From assembly GCA_964595665.1 (NCBI GenBank), contig CAZQQS010000001.1, positions 39,820-71,819 on the forward strand: a stretch of 32,000 nt of DNA. Direction: 5' to 3'. Positions 1-9,357 of this stretch are shown piece by piece. How positions within the stretch are numbered: the stretch's first letter is position 1; each line of letters starts with the position of its first letter. Source of the stretch: an uncultured archaeon. GTDB lineage: Archaea; Iainarchaeota; Iainarchaeia; Iainarchaeales; 0-14-0-20-30-16. The position numbers were made by a program, and so were the translations under genes. A model generated the notes under the pieces. The model worked only from the letters and a program-made list of their open reading frames with translations, was not told the DNA's origin and made no database searches.

Positions 1-1
1 G

Positions 2-82
2 GAAATAAAAGATATGCAAAAAGATTTAGATCAAATAAAGGTTATGATTCAAGATTTACATTCTAACATAAAGAAAAAGTAA
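2..82 (+). CDS. 3' end of an ORF entering from the left edge (...EIKDMQKDLDQIKVMIQDLHSNIKKK*), product unknown
   Basis: Frame open from the window edge to TAA at 80-82. Only 26 aa are visible, with a coiled-coil-like pattern and no recognisable family. Confidence 0.25.
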   Translation, partial: EIKDMQKDLDQIKVMIQDLHSNIKKK

Positions 83-171
83 AGTTTCCTTTATAAACCT
101 TTATTATCTATAATATATAATAAAATTTCTTATTTTAAGATATTGGCTTAAACAATGACTTTGAAGGAGGA

Positions 172-543
172 GTGAATATGCCACAATTTGTAAAATATAG
201 TGTAACTGAAGATTTGACTAATAAATTAGCAGATTTTTTAGGTAAAGCATCAAAAACAGGAAAAATAAAAGCTGGAGTTAATGAAGTAACTAAAATGTTA
301 GAAAGAGGTCAAGCTAAATTAATAGTTATGGCTGAAGATGTTAGTCCAGAAGAATTATTATATCACATACCTGTTTTATGTAATGATAAAAAAATACCTT
401 TTTCTTATGCAAAAGATAAAAAAGAATTGGGAAAAATGTGTAATTTAAAAGTTGGTGCTTCTTGTGTTGCTGTAATTAACGAAGGAGTTGCAAAAAAAGA
501 ATTAGATGATATTGCAAAAATAATAAAAGAATTAGTTAAATAG
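172..543 (+). CDS. rpl7ae: 50S ribosomal protein L7Ae (kink-turn RNA-binding protein)
   Basis: GGAGGAG Shine-Dalgarno sequence upstream of the ATG. Characteristic L7Ae/L30e core GVNEVTKMLERGQAKLIVMAEDVSPEELLYHIPVLCNDKKIPF. First gene of the conserved L7Ae-S28e-L24e trio. Confidence 0.9.
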   Translation: MNMPQFVKYSVTEDLTNKLADFLGKASKTGKIKAGVNEVTKMLERGQAKLIVMAEDVSPEELLYHIPVLCNDKKIPFSYAKDKKELGKMCNLKVGASCVAVINEGVAKKELDDIAKIIKELVK

Positions 544-558
544 ATGTAGGTGATATTT

Positions 559-780
559 ATGGCTGATAATGAAGAATACGGAACACCTGCAGAAGTTGTT
601 AATGTAATAAAAAGAACTGGAGTTTCTGGTGAAGTAACTCAAGTTTTATGTAAAATATTAGATGGCAACGAAAAAGGAAGAATAAAGAGAAGAAATGTTA
701 AAGGTAGAGTTAAGAAAGGAGATATATTAACATTAGTTAATACTCAAAAAGAAGCTAAAGACATTTCTGCGAAAAGGTGA
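559..780 (+). CDS. rps28e: 30S ribosomal protein S28e
   Basis: Translation MADNEEYGTPAEVVNVIKRTGVSGEVTQVLCKILDG...GRIKRRNVKGRVKKGDIL is typical S28e. I prefer the ATG at 559 (GGTGAT 6 nt upstream) over the GTG at 550 in the ORF track. Confidence 0.9.
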   Translation: MADNEEYGTPAEVVNVIKRTGVSGEVTQVLCKILDGNEKGRIKRRNVKGRVKKGDILTLVNTQKEAKDISAKR

Positions 781-785
781 AATTT

Positions 786-971
786 ATGAATTGTCATTTT
801 TGTAATAAAGTAATTCCTGAAGGAACAGGAATATTATTTGTAAAAAAAGATGGAACATCTTACAGTTTTTGTAGCAGTAAATGTGAAAAAAATCAAATAA
901 AATTAAAAAGAAAGTCTGCTAAAATTGTATGGGCTAAAAAACCAAAAAAATCTAAATCATTAGATAAGTGA
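786..971 (+). CDS. rpl24e: 50S ribosomal protein L24e
   Basis: MNCHFCNKVIPEGTGILFVKKDGTSYSFCSSKCEKN matches the L24e zinc-ribbon-like N-terminus. ATG at 786 follows GGTGA. Conserved position after S28e. Confidence 0.9.
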   Translation: MNCHFCNKVIPEGTGILFVKKDGTSYSFCSSKCEKNQIKLKRKSAKIVWAKKPKKSKSLDK

Positions 972-983
972 TGGTGATGGTTT

Positions 984-2720
984 TTGATTCGTGCACCTAT
1001 TGTAGTAGTTGGGGGGCATGTTGACCACGGAAAAACAACTTTGTTAGATTATTTACGTGGTACAATTATTGCTGAAAAAGAAGCTGGAAGAATAACTCAA
1101 CACATAGGTGCAACTGAAATACCATTATCCCTAATTCAAGAAATTTCTGGAGATCTATTAAAAAAATACGGATTTAATCTGAAGATTCCAGGGTTATTAT
1201 TTATTGATACTCCAGGACATGAAGCATTTAGTTCTTTAAGAAAAAGAGGATGTAGTATTGCAGATATTGGTGTTTTAATAATAGATATTATGCAAGGAAT
1301 TCAACCACAAACTTTAGAAGTTGTAAACTATTTAAAAGAAAATAAAGTTCCTTTTGTAATTGCATTAACAAAAGTAGATAAATTAAAAGGTTTTGATTTT
1401 AAAACCACAAAAGAATTATTTACTGAATTAGATGAAAATAGATCACAATTTGCTCAAGATTTAAATGAAAAATTATATTCTATAATGGCCAAGCTTTCGG
1501 AATTTAATTTAGATTCAGATCGATTTGATAATGTTGCTGATTTTACAAAAAAATTGTTATTAATTCCTGTAAGTTCTAAAACAGGATTTGGTATGCCAGA
1601 ATTATTACTGTTTTTATCAGGACTAGCACAAAAATTTTTAGAAAAGAATTTAACTTTAGATTTAGATTCTGGAAAAGCAGTTGTTTTAGAAATTAATGAA
1701 GTTAAAGGATTTGGTAAAACTGCAGATGTAATTTTATATGATGGTAAAATATCAAAAAATGATATTATAAAAATAGATTCCCAAAATAATTTTAATATAA
1801 CAAAAGTAAAGCAATTATTATTGCCCAAGCCTTTATCAGATTTAAGAACTGTAAAATCAGGGTTTTTAGCAAAAGATACTATTGGTGCAGCATCAGGATT
1901 AAAAATTGTGTTTAATGATCCTGAATTAATAAGTGCTGGTGATGAATTACAAGTTATAACTAAAGAAGATGCAGATAAATTAGAAATAACTAAAAAAGAA
2001 ATTTGTACAATAAAAGAGAAAGGTATAGTTGTAAAAGTTGACACCCAAGGATCATTAGATGCAATTATGGAATTGGCATGTAAAGAAAATATAGCAATAG
2101 GAAAATTAGCTTGTGGTAATTTTTTAAAAGAAGATGTTTTAGAAGCAAAATTATTTGGTAAAGAAGATCCATTATATTCTGCTGTTTTTGTTTTTAATCA
2201 AAAGATTTGTCCAGAAGTAGAACAATATGCTAAAGAACAAGGTGTAAGAATATTTAGTTCAAATGTAGTCTATAAATTATTTGAAGAATATAAAAAATGG
2301 GCAAAAGATATTTTGGAAAAACAAAAAGAAAAAGATATGAAAAATATTCTTTATCCTGCTAAAATTGAAATATTTAAAGATTGTATTTTTAGAAAATCTA
2401 AACCTTGTGTTTTAGGAGTAAAGGTTTTAGATGGTGTATTAAAACCAAATACAAAATTATTTTATAATAATAAAATTATTGGAACTTTAAAACAAATCCA
2501 ATTAAATGGTAAAGCTATTGGAGAAGCAAAAAAAGACGATGAAATCGCAATTTCTTCGGATGATTTGAACTTTGAAAAGGATATAGATTTAAATATAACC
2601 AATATATGTTATATATATATACCGATTTCCCAAAGAAGTGCGGTTAAAAAATATCTTTATTCTGAGTTTAAAGAATTAATAGACGAACTATTTGAAAAGT
2701 ATGTTAATTCTGATATTTAA
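984..2720 (+). CDS. infB: translation initiation factor aIF5B (IF2-type GTPase)
   Basis: G1 motif GHVDHGKTTLLD, G3 DTPGHEAF, G4 TKVDK, and a length of about 578 aa. TTG at 984 is the only in-frame start before the conserved RAPIVVVGGH N-terminus. The G domain is contiguous, so no intein. Confidence 0.9.
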   Translation: MIRAPIVVVGGHVDHGKTTLLDYLRGTIIAEKEAGRITQHIGATEIPLSLIQEISGDLLKKYGFNLKIPGLLFIDTPGHEAFSSLRKRGCSIADIGVLIIDIMQGIQPQTLEVVNYLKENKVPFVIALTKVDKLKGFDFKTTKELFTELDENRSQFAQDLNEKLYSIMAKLSEFNLDSDRFDNVADFTKKLLLIPVSSKTGFGMPELLLFLSGLAQKFLEKNLTLDLDSGKAVVLEINEVKGFGKTADVILYDGKISKNDIIKIDSQNNFNITKVKQLLLPKPLSDLRTVKSGFLAKDTIGAASGLKIVFNDPELISAGDELQVITKEDADKLEITKKEICTIKEKGIVVKVDTQGSLDAIMELACKENIAIGKLACGNFLKEDVLEAKLFGKEDPLYSAVFVFNQKICPEVEQYAKEQGVRIFSSNVVYKLFEEYKKWAKDILEKQKEKDMKNILYPAKIEIFKDCIFRKSKPCVLGVKVLDGVLKPNTKLFYNNKIIGTLKQIQLNGKAIGEAKKDDEIAISSDDLNFEKDIDLNITNICYIYIPISQRSAVKKYLYSEFKELIDELFEKYVNSDI

Positions 2721-2758
2721 GATGTTTATTTTGTAAAAATGTTTAATGAGGTGTGTAA

Positions 2759-3136
2759 ATGATTATAAATTTAGCAAATTCAAAGACTTCAAAAACTTAT
2801 AGTGTAAAAACAGAAGCTCCAGTATATTTGGGGAAAAAATTAGGTGATGAAGTAGATTTAAGTGTTTTAAATTTAAAAGGTAAGGGTAAAATATCTGGTG
2901 GATCATCAAAATCAGGATTTCCAATGGTACCTTTTATTTCAGGAACTGGAAATAAAACTACATTATTATCTGATGGTTTAGCTTTTAATGCAACACATAA
3001 GGGTGAAAAAAAGAGAAGAACAGTTAATGCAAATACAATAGATGATAGTATAGAGCAAGTAAACATAATTATTTTAGATATAGATAAATCTCACAATTTA
3101 GATGAGTTGTTCCCAAAACAAGAAAAGAAAGAGTAA
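2759..3136 (+). CDS. rps6e: 30S ribosomal protein S6e
   Basis: Pattern KTYSVKTEAPVYLGKKLGDEVDLSVL...GKISGGSSKSGFPM and the size match S6e. GAGGTG lies upstream of the ATG. Conserved position before aIF2-gamma. Confidence 0.85.
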   Translation: MIINLANSKTSKTYSVKTEAPVYLGKKLGDEVDLSVLNLKGKGKISGGSSKSGFPMVPFISGTGNKTTLLSDGLAFNATHKGEKKRRTVNANTIDDSIEQVNIIILDIDKSHNLDELFPKQEKKE

Positions 3137-3140
3137 ATAG

Positions 3141-4334
3141 GTGAAATATTTGATTGCACAGTCAGAAGTTAATATAGGTATAATTGGTCACGTAGATCAT
3201 GGTAAAACTGCTTTAACTAAAATGCTGACTGGTAAATGGGTAGATACTCACTCAGAAGAATTAAAAAGAGGAATATCAATTAGATTGGGATATGCTGATG
3301 TAATTTTTAAAAAATTACCTAAAAAAGATGATTTTGAAGCATATACTACTTTAGATGAAATTAATGGTGAAAAAACTGAAGCTGTAAAAAGAATATCTAT
3401 AGTTGATAGCCCAGGACATGAATCTTTAATGGCAACAATGTTAAGTGGTGTTGCAATAATTGATTGTGCAATTTTAGTAATTGCTGCAAATGAGAAATGT
3501 CCTATGCCTCGAACTATGGAACATTTATTAGCTGCAAAATATTCTGGTATAAAAGAATTGATTGTAGTTCAAAATAAAATTGATTTAGTTAATGAGGAAC
3601 AAGCAAAACAAAATTATAAAGATATTAAAAAGTTTTTAGAAGATTTAGATTTTAAAGATGTTCCAATAATTCCAATATCTGCGAATCATAGCATAAATAA
3701 AGATGTTTTAATTTATGCAATTTCAAATTATTTTAAAAAGAATCCAAAAAAAGAATCTGAAGAATTTAAAATGTATATTGTAAGATCATTTGATGTTAAT
3801 AAACCCGGTGCAGATGTTGAAAATTTAATTGGTGGAATTATTGGTGGTTCAATAGTTTCTGGAAAAGTAAAATTAAATGATGAAATTGAAATTAATGTTG
3901 GTGAAAAAAATATTAAAACAAAAGTTTTAGCATTAAATACAGAATTAGGATCAATAAAAGAAGCTGGTTCTGGAGGGTTAATTGCTATTGCTACAAATTT
4001 AGATCCTAGTATAACTCAAAACGATAAATTAAAAGGACAAGTAATTTATAAAGCGGGTAAAATGCCTTCTCCAAAAAGCAATATTTTAGTTGATATGCAT
4101 ACAATTGATAGATTATTAGTAGATGATATGAAAAAGCCTTTAATAGTTAATGAACCATTAATTATTACTATAGGTACTACAACAGCAATAGGTCAAGTTG
4201 CATCTATTAAAAATAATTTAGTAAGATTTACATTAAGAGTTCCAGTAATAATAGAAAAAGAACAACAGATATCTATTAGTAGAAGATCTGTAAATGGTTG
4301 GCGATTATATGGTTATGGGTTTATCAAAGAATAA
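3141..4334 (+). CDS. eif2g: translation initiation factor aIF2 gamma subunit (GTPase)
   Basis: QSEVNIGIIGHVDHGKTALT, DSPGHESL and QNKIDL GTPase motifs, with EF-Tu-like domains II/III. GTG start at 3141. Confidence 0.9.
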   Translation: MKYLIAQSEVNIGIIGHVDHGKTALTKMLTGKWVDTHSEELKRGISIRLGYADVIFKKLPKKDDFEAYTTLDEINGEKTEAVKRISIVDSPGHESLMATMLSGVAIIDCAILVIAANEKCPMPRTMEHLLAAKYSGIKELIVVQNKIDLVNEEQAKQNYKDIKKFLEDLDFKDVPIIPISANHSINKDVLIYAISNYFKKNPKKESEEFKMYIVRSFDVNKPGADVENLIGGIIGGSIVSGKVKLNDEIEINVGEKNIKTKVLALNTELGSIKEAGSGGLIAIATNLDPSITQNDKLKGQVIYKAGKMPSPKSNILVDMHTIDRLLVDDMKKPLIVNEPLIITIGTTTAIGQVASIKNNLVRFTLRVPVIIEKEQQISISRRSVNGWRLYGYGFIKE

Positions 4335-4692
4335 AGTTATTTTAGACACAAGTGCTTTACTTTTATTAAGTGAAGGATATAATTTTTTTGACAAAGTAGA
4401 AAGAGAATTTGGAAATGTTGAATATATTGTTCCAAAAAGTGTTGTTTCAGAAATGAATAAATTATCTAGAGAAAATTTAAAGCATAAAAAGAGTTTAAAT
4501 TTGTTTATGCGTTTATTAGATACATATAATATGAGAATTATTGAAACTGGAAATACTTATGCTGATAAAGATTTGTTGGAAATGGATGGAAGTTTATTTG
4601 TTACAACAGATTTTGAATTAGCAAAAAAATTAAAAGATCAAGGTAAAAAGATATTTGTATTAAAACATAATAAGTTTTATGATTATTATTGA
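4294..4692 (+). CDS. PIN-domain protein (Fcf1/Utp23-like nuclease conserved next to aIF2-gamma and rpoE in archaea)
   Basis: VILDTSALL N-terminal acidic motif and C-terminal FVTTDFELAKKL fit the PIN fold. The start is uncertain (ATG at 4294, 4309 or 4315); all three overlap the end of eif2g. Confidence 0.7.
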   Translation: MVGDYMVMGLSKNKVILDTSALLLLSEGYNFFDKVEREFGNVEYIVPKSVVSEMNKLSRENLKHKKSLNLFMRLLDTYNMRIIETGNTYADKDLLEMDGSLFVTTDFELAKKLKDQGKKIFVLKHNKFYDYY

Positions 4693-4701
4693 GGTGGATA
4701 A

Positions 4702-5316
4702 ATGTTTCAATTAGTAAATATAGAGGATTTTGTAGGAATACCTCCATATATGTTAGATTCTGATTTAAATGAATCTATAAAGAACATTTTAAATGAAGAA
4801 AAAATTGGTTTAGTAGATAAAGATTTTGGTGTTGTTTTAGGGGTAGTAGATATATTAAAAACAGATCACACAAAAGTTTTACCTGGGGATAGTAATGCTT
4901 ATGTAAATGTAGAATATTCTTTATTAACTTTTAAACCAGATTTACAAAATGTTTATGAAGGATATGTTAAAGAAGTTGCTGAATTTGGAGCATTTATGGA
5001 TTTAGGTCCATTTGATGCATTAATCCATGTTTCACAATTGATGAATGACTTTGTTAGTTTTGATCCTAAAAATAAAAACTTTGTTGGAAAAGAAAGTAAT
5101 CATGTTTTAGGAAAAGGAGATTTAATTTATGCTAGAGTAGTAAGTGTGAGTTATAAAAACAATGCTGTTCAAACAAAAATTGGATTAACTATGAGACAAA
5201 GTGGTTTAGGTAAAATGGAATGGATTGAAAAAGAAAATTCTAAATCAGAATTATCTGAAACAAAAGTTCCAAAAGAAAAAAAAGAAAAAGCTACTAAAGC
5301 TAATAAAGAGAAGTGA
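4702..5316 (+). CDS. rpoE: DNA-directed RNA polymerase subunit E' (Rpo7) with S1 domain and a lysine-rich tail
   Basis: N-terminal Rpb7-like fold followed by the S1 motif YEGYVKEVAEFGAFMDLGPFDALIHVSQL. GAGGTG precedes the ATG. Conserved neighbourhood. Confidence 0.85.
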   Translation: MFQLVNIEDFVGIPPYMLDSDLNESIKNILNEEKIGLVDKDFGVVLGVVDILKTDHTKVLPGDSNAYVNVEYSLLTFKPDLQNVYEGYVKEVAEFGAFMDLGPFDALIHVSQLMNDFVSFDPKNKNFVGKESNHVLGKGDLIYARVVSVSYKNNAVQTKIGLTMRQSGLGKMEWIEKENSKSELSETKVPKEKKEKATKANKEK

Positions 5317-5321
5317 TTTTT

Positions 5322-5522
5322 ATGCCAATTAAAACAATTGCTTGTAAAAAATGTGGGTTTGTAATTGACGAGCCAAATGTAGAAGAATGTCCAAATTGTC
5401 AAAATAAAAAATTTACTACATTTTGGAAAGGTGCAGTTATTGTTAATGATCCTGAAAACTCAATAGTTGCAAAAAAATTAAATATTGAAAATAAAGGAAA
5501 ATATGCTTTAAGAATAAATTAG
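5322..5522 (+). CDS. spt4: transcription elongation factor Spt4 (formerly RpoE'')
   Basis: About 66 aa with a four-Cys zinc ribbon, CKKCG...CPNCQ. Lies immediately downstream of rpoE. ATG at 5322 is preceded by AGTGAT. Confidence 0.8.
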   Translation: MPIKTIACKKCGFVIDEPNVEECPNCQNKKFTTFWKGAVIVNDPENSIVAKKLNIENKGKYALRIN

Positions 5523-5530
5523 GTGATATA

Positions 5531-5869
5531 ATGAAATTTGAAATATTAGAACAAAAAGATAATAGGTTGTTAAACAGAAAAGACTTTATTGTTAAAATAA
5601 ATGAAGTTAATATAACTCCAAAAAGACAAGAAGTATTGAAAAGTTTTGCAGCAAAACAAGGTATGGATGAAAAAAAATTAGTAGTAGATAAAATAAGCTC
5701 AGAAAGTGGAATAAAAGATGTTGTAGTTTATTTTAAATATTATGACGATGTTAATTCTTTGAAAAAAATAGAATTAAAAGATAATTTAAAACATTATGAA
5801 AAATTAAATCCTAAACCTGAAGAAAAAAAGAAAGAAGCAAAAGAAGAAAAAAAAGAGAGTGATGCTTAA
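5531..5869 (+). CDS. rps24e: 30S ribosomal protein S24e
   Basis: [23 protein letters not shown]...[16 protein letters not shown] is typical S24e, followed by an acidic/lysine tail. Confidence 0.85.
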   Translation: MKFEILEQKDNRLLNRKDFIVKINEVNITPKRQEVLKSFAAKQGMDEKKLVVDKISSESGIKDVVVYFKYYDDVNSLKKIELKDNLKHYEKLNPKPEEKKKEAKEEKKESDA

Positions 5870-6081
5870 TGGCTCCAAAAAAAGATGCTAAGTCAGGTAA
5901 GAAACCACATAAAAAAACATTAAGAATTAAGAAAAGTGCATTTTATGAAGTTAAAGAAAATTCTGTAATAAGAAAAAGAAAAACTTGTGTTAAATGTGGT
6001 GCAGGAGTATTTATGGCTGAACATAAAGACAGATACACTTGCGGTAAATGTGGTTACACTGAAATGAAAAAGAAGGAATAA
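5869..6081 (+). CDS. rps27ae: 30S ribosomal protein S27ae
   Basis: Zinc ribbon [24 protein letters not shown] and a basic N-terminus. ATG overlaps the S24e stop (TAATG). Confidence 0.85.
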   Translation: MAPKKDAKSGKKPHKKTLRIKKSAFYEVKENSVIRKRKTCVKCGAGVFMAEHKDRYTCGKCGYTEMKKKE

Positions 6082-6087
6082 AATTCC

Positions 6088-6112
6088 TTTTTTCGTTCCT
6101 ATTTTTATTTTT
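6088..6112 (+). terminator. oligo-T tracts after S27ae (candidate archaeal intrinsic terminator)
   Basis: A T6 run at 6088-6093 and two T5 runs at 6102-6112 follow the last gene of the cluster, before a 49-bp gap. Confidence 0.4.
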
Positions 6113-6130
6113 ATTTATTTTATTATATTT

Positions 6131-6514
6131 ATGTCTGATATTAAAATGACTAAAGAGTTAATTGATGAGTTATTATTAGGTTGTAAGAATGCTTATCCTA
6201 ATGAATTTTTTGCTATGTTATCTTCTGATAAAAATAATCTAGTAGATAGCTATGTTGTTGTTCCATTATTTTATCAAACGGAAAATTCTGTTTCTTATAG
6301 GACTGATTTATTGCCTTTAGGTTTTAAAGTATTAGGCACAATACATTCACATCCTTCTGGTTCAAATGTTCCTAGCTATGCTGATTTGAATAGTTTTGTT
6401 AAATCTGGGCAAGTTCATTTTATTGTAAAATACCCTTATAAATTAGAAGATATTGCTTGTTATAATGCAGAAGGTAAAAGAGTAAATTTTGAAATATTAG
6501 ATACCTTTAAATAG
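6131..6514 (+). CDS. JAB/MPN (JAMM) domain metalloprotease-like protein
   Basis: JAMM signature: upstream Glu (PNEFFAML) plus GTIHSHPSGSNVPSYADL (HxHx7Sx2D). 127 aa, stand-alone. Confidence 0.75.
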   Translation: MSDIKMTKELIDELLLGCKNAYPNEFFAMLSSDKNNLVDSYVVVPLFYQTENSVSYRTDLLPLGFKVLGTIHSHPSGSNVPSYADLNSFVKSGQVHFIVKYPYKLEDIACYNAEGKRVNFEILDTFK

Positions 6515-6534
6515 TTTTCAAAAGATATTATATT

Positions 6535-6918
6535 ATGGATTTAAATAGTAAAATTGATAATATTGTTTTAGAACTAAAAAAAGATTCTAATGTTTTGGCT
6601 GTTTATTTATTTGGTTCTTATGCTTTAAATAAACAAAAACCATATTCTGACATAGATTTATGTATTTTTCTAAAAGATTATTCTAATTATTTAGATTATT
6701 ATGGATTTAGCAGTAAATTTGTTGACATTTCTACATTTAATAAATTGCCATTAACTGCAAAATATAAAGTATTTAAAGAAGGTAAACCTATTTATGTGAA
6801 AAATAAACAAGAATTAGAAGAAATTCTAAGAATTACTATGAGAGATTATTTAGATTTTAAATATCATTTTGATTATCAATTAAATTATTTTTTAAATAAA
6901 CCAAGTGTATCTTTATGA
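6535..6918 (+). CDS. minimal nucleotidyltransferase (MNT), antitoxin-type partner of HEPN
   Basis: VYLFGSYALNKQKPYSDIDLCIF matches the GSx10SDxD pol-beta-type nucleotidyltransferase motif. 4-nt ATGA overlap with the next gene. Confidence 0.8.
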   Translation: MDLNSKIDNIVLELKKDSNVLAVYLFGSYALNKQKPYSDIDLCIFLKDYSNYLDYYGFSSKFVDISTFNKLPLTAKYKVFKEGKPIYVKNKQELEEILRITMRDYLDFKYHFDYQLNYFLNKPSVSL

Positions 6919-7325
6919 ATAATACTAGATTAATAAAAATATATTCTGATTTAGATAGGTTTATTTCAGATTTGAAAGTAATAAATATAACTTCTTGCAA
7001 AGATTTAGAGGATAATATTAAATATCATGCAGTTTCTATGCTTTTATTTTCAATATTAAATAGGGTTATAGATTTGGGTGAAGAACTTATTTTAAATAAA
7101 GGTTTTGCTTTGCCGGAGTCTTATAAAAGTGTTTTTGAGATTTTGAATAAAGAAAAAATAATTTCAAATGATGAATATCAAAAAATAAGAGAAATGATAA
7201 ATATAAGAAATTTAATTGCACATCAGTATTATGCTTTTGATGATAAGGATATTTTTAATGCGTATCAAAATTTAGCAGTTATAATTAAGTTTATTAATCG
7301 TACTAAATCTATTTTTAAAAATTAA
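6915..7325 (+). CDS. HEPN domain (DUF86-like) putative RNase toxin
   Basis: Rx4H motif in NIRNLIAHQY, an all-helical 136 aa protein, translationally coupled to the MNT gene. Confidence 0.75.
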   Translation: MNNTRLIKIYSDLDRFISDLKVINITSCKDLEDNIKYHAVSMLLFSILNRVIDLGEELILNKGFALPESYKSVFEILNKEKIISNDEYQKIREMINIRNLIAHQYYAFDDKDIFNAYQNLAVIIKFINRTKSIFKN

Positions 7326-7390
7326 AAAGCAACAGTCAACTTTTTAAAGATTCAGTTTATTTATTTATACTAAATATTTGTTGTGAAATT

Positions 7391-8344
7391 ATGATTATTG
7401 TAAATTTATTATTATTATTAGTATCTTTATTTGTTTTAATTAAATCTGCAGATTTTGCTATAAAGTATTCTTCTATATTAGCAAAAATCTTTAGATGGCC
7501 AGAATTTATTGTAAGTTTTTTTCTAATATCTTTTATATCACTTTTACCTGAAGCAACAGTATCAATAATTTCTGCAATAAAAGGCAATCCAGAATTGGGT
7601 TTAGGTACTTTATTAGGTTCAAATGTTGCTGATTTATCTTTGGTTTTTGGTTTGGCAGCAGTGTTTTCTTTTAGTGGAATAAAGGTTAAAAGTCAAATAT
7701 TAAGAAATACTTTTATTTATTTAATATTATTATTTGTTCCATTAATATTGGGTTTTGATGGAAAATATACGCGAGTTGATGGAATTATTTTAATATTTGT
7801 AGGCGCTTTATTTTTTATTAGAATGTATATTGAAAGTAATAGATTCCGTAAAAAATATGTTTTTGTTAAGAAAGAGCCTTTTTTAAAATCTTTAGTGTTT
7901 TTAATTTTAAGTTTGGGTTTTTTATTATTAAGTGCTTATTTTACTGTTAGATTTGCTACAAACTTAGCATATGATTTAAATTTACCTGCAATGTTTATTG
8001 GGTTAACTATGATAGCTATTGGATCTTGTTTGCCTGAATTGATATTTTGTATTAAATCTGTAAGAAGCAACCACGATGATTTAGCTTTGGGGGATTTATT
8101 TGGTACAGTTATTGCTGATGCAACTTTAGTTTTAGGTTTGGTAGCACTAATTTCTCCATTTACATTTAATCCAGTAAATATATATGTTACGGGCTTGGCA
8201 ATGTTTTTAGCATGTTTATTTGCAATTATTTTTATGAAAACCAATAAAACAATTTCTAAGTTGGAAGGTTTAATATTAATATTATTTTATATTCTTTTTT
8301 TGATTGTTGAGTTTTATTTTGGTGCATATCTTGGCTTTAAATAG
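7391..8344 (+). CDS. Ca2+/cation antiporter (CaCA, YrbG/NCX-like) membrane protein
   Basis: About 10 predicted TM segments and two alpha-repeat motifs, GTLLGSNVADLSLVFG and LGDLFGTVIADATLVLG. Confidence 0.8.
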   Translation: MIIVNLLLLLVSLFVLIKSADFAIKYSSILAKIFRWPEFIVSFFLISFISLLPEATVSIISAIKGNPELGLGTLLGSNVADLSLVFGLAAVFSFSGIKVKSQILRNTFIYLILLFVPLILGFDGKYTRVDGIILIFVGALFFIRMYIESNRFRKKYVFVKKEPFLKSLVFLILSLGFLLLSAYFTVRFATNLAYDLNLPAMFIGLTMIAIGSCLPELIFCIKSVRSNHDDLALGDLFGTVIADATLVLGLVALISPFTFNPVNIYVTGLAMFLACLFAIIFMKTNKTISKLEGLILILFYILFLIVEFYFGAYLGFK

Positions 8345-8502
8345 TATAAGAACATTTGTGGAAGTTGTTTTCTTAAAGATAAAGTTTGTAAAGGGATAGG
8401 TTTTATATATTAATTTTGTGAATAATGAAATAACATCTAAAATTAAACAGTATTTATATAATTATTTAGAATTAAAATATAATGATTATCTGAGGAATTT
8501 AA

Positions 8503-9357
8503 ATGTATAAAGAAATTGCAAGAGATTTACAGGAAATATTTCTTAGTGGAAGTTATTCTGATTCTTGGCCTGTAGGTTCAGCATTAGCTGCTGATTTAAT
8601 TGTAGATAAGTTTGCAGATGATTTAATTAATTATTTAAAAACTAATCCCAAATTATATCCTTTAGAAGCATCTGATTTTTTTATAATGTTAAACCCAAGG
8701 ACAATATCTTTAGAAAAAAAACAAGCTGTGATGAAATATTTATTTAGATATATAAAGAATTCAAGAAAAGACATTTTATTTAGAACTACTTTGGATATAT
8801 ATAATCCGCCAATAATTAAAAAAGAAGAATTATTGTATTTTAAGGATTATAACAAAATTGTTTTTTTATTATCAAATTTAAGTGAAATTTTTTGTCCTAT
8901 ATTTAGACGACTAAATCACGATATTTATACTTATAATAATTTGTTGTATAGATATTATAGATTAAGTAATGAATATCTTTTGGTTTCTAAATATATCAAT
9001 CCAACAAAGATGACTTTTTTTGGGCATATTAATAAAGTAGAAACAATTGAGAAATATAATTGTTATTTTAATAACAAATTAGTTAAGCCAGAATATTTAA
9101 TTAATCATTTACAAGAAGAAATTAATAAAAATCTTATTAAATTTTCTACAGAAATTGATAAACTATTATATGTTTTAAATAGTTGTAGAAAACATATTGG
9201 CTTAAATGAATTAAAATCAATTGATTTTAAATATAACATAAATGATTATATTGTTTCTAAAGAGCAAAAAAACAAAATATTTATGAATGTTGAAAAGAAT
9301 CTAGAATCTGCAGAACAAAGATATATCTCATTATTAGGGGATTATAATGATTATTAA
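8503..9357 (+). CDS. hypothetical protein (284 aa, Tyr/Asn/Lys-rich, probably helical)
   Basis: Long ORF with an AT-rich promoter-like upstream region. Its 3' end overlaps the next ORF by 11 nt. I recognise no motif. Confidence 0.5.
   Translation: MYKEIARDLQEIFLSGSYSDSWPVGSALAADLIVDKFADDLINYLKTNPKLYPLEASDFFIMLNPRTISLEKKQAVMKYLFRYIKNSRKDILFRTTLDIYNPPIIKKEELLYFKDYNKIVFLLSNLSEIFCPIFRRLNHDIYTYNNLLYRYYRLSNEYLLVSKYINPTKMTFFGHINKVETIEKYNCYFNNKLVKPEYLINHLQEEINKNLIKFSTEIDKLLYVLNSCRKHIGLNELKSIDFKYNINDYIVSKEQKNKIFMNVEKNLESAEQRYISLLGDYNDY

Noticed and set aside
1454-2044. 196-aa antisense ORF inside aIF5B. Similar antisense ORFs occur at 2797-3066, 5169-5402, 7357-7587, 7936-8244, 12442-12693, 17927-18211, 21036-21236, 21709-21915, 22702-22956 and 25842-26087.
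   Set aside because: Each lies wholly inside or opposite a well-supported gene. Their composition is low-complexity (Ser/Phe/Asn/Ile-rich) with no motifs and no ribosome-binding site. They are most simply shadow frames of codon-biased AT-rich genes.
984-2720. Intein in aIF5B; some archaeal IF2/aIF5B genes carry one.
   Set aside because: The G-domain motifs are contiguous and the length (578 aa) is that of an uninterrupted aIF5B.
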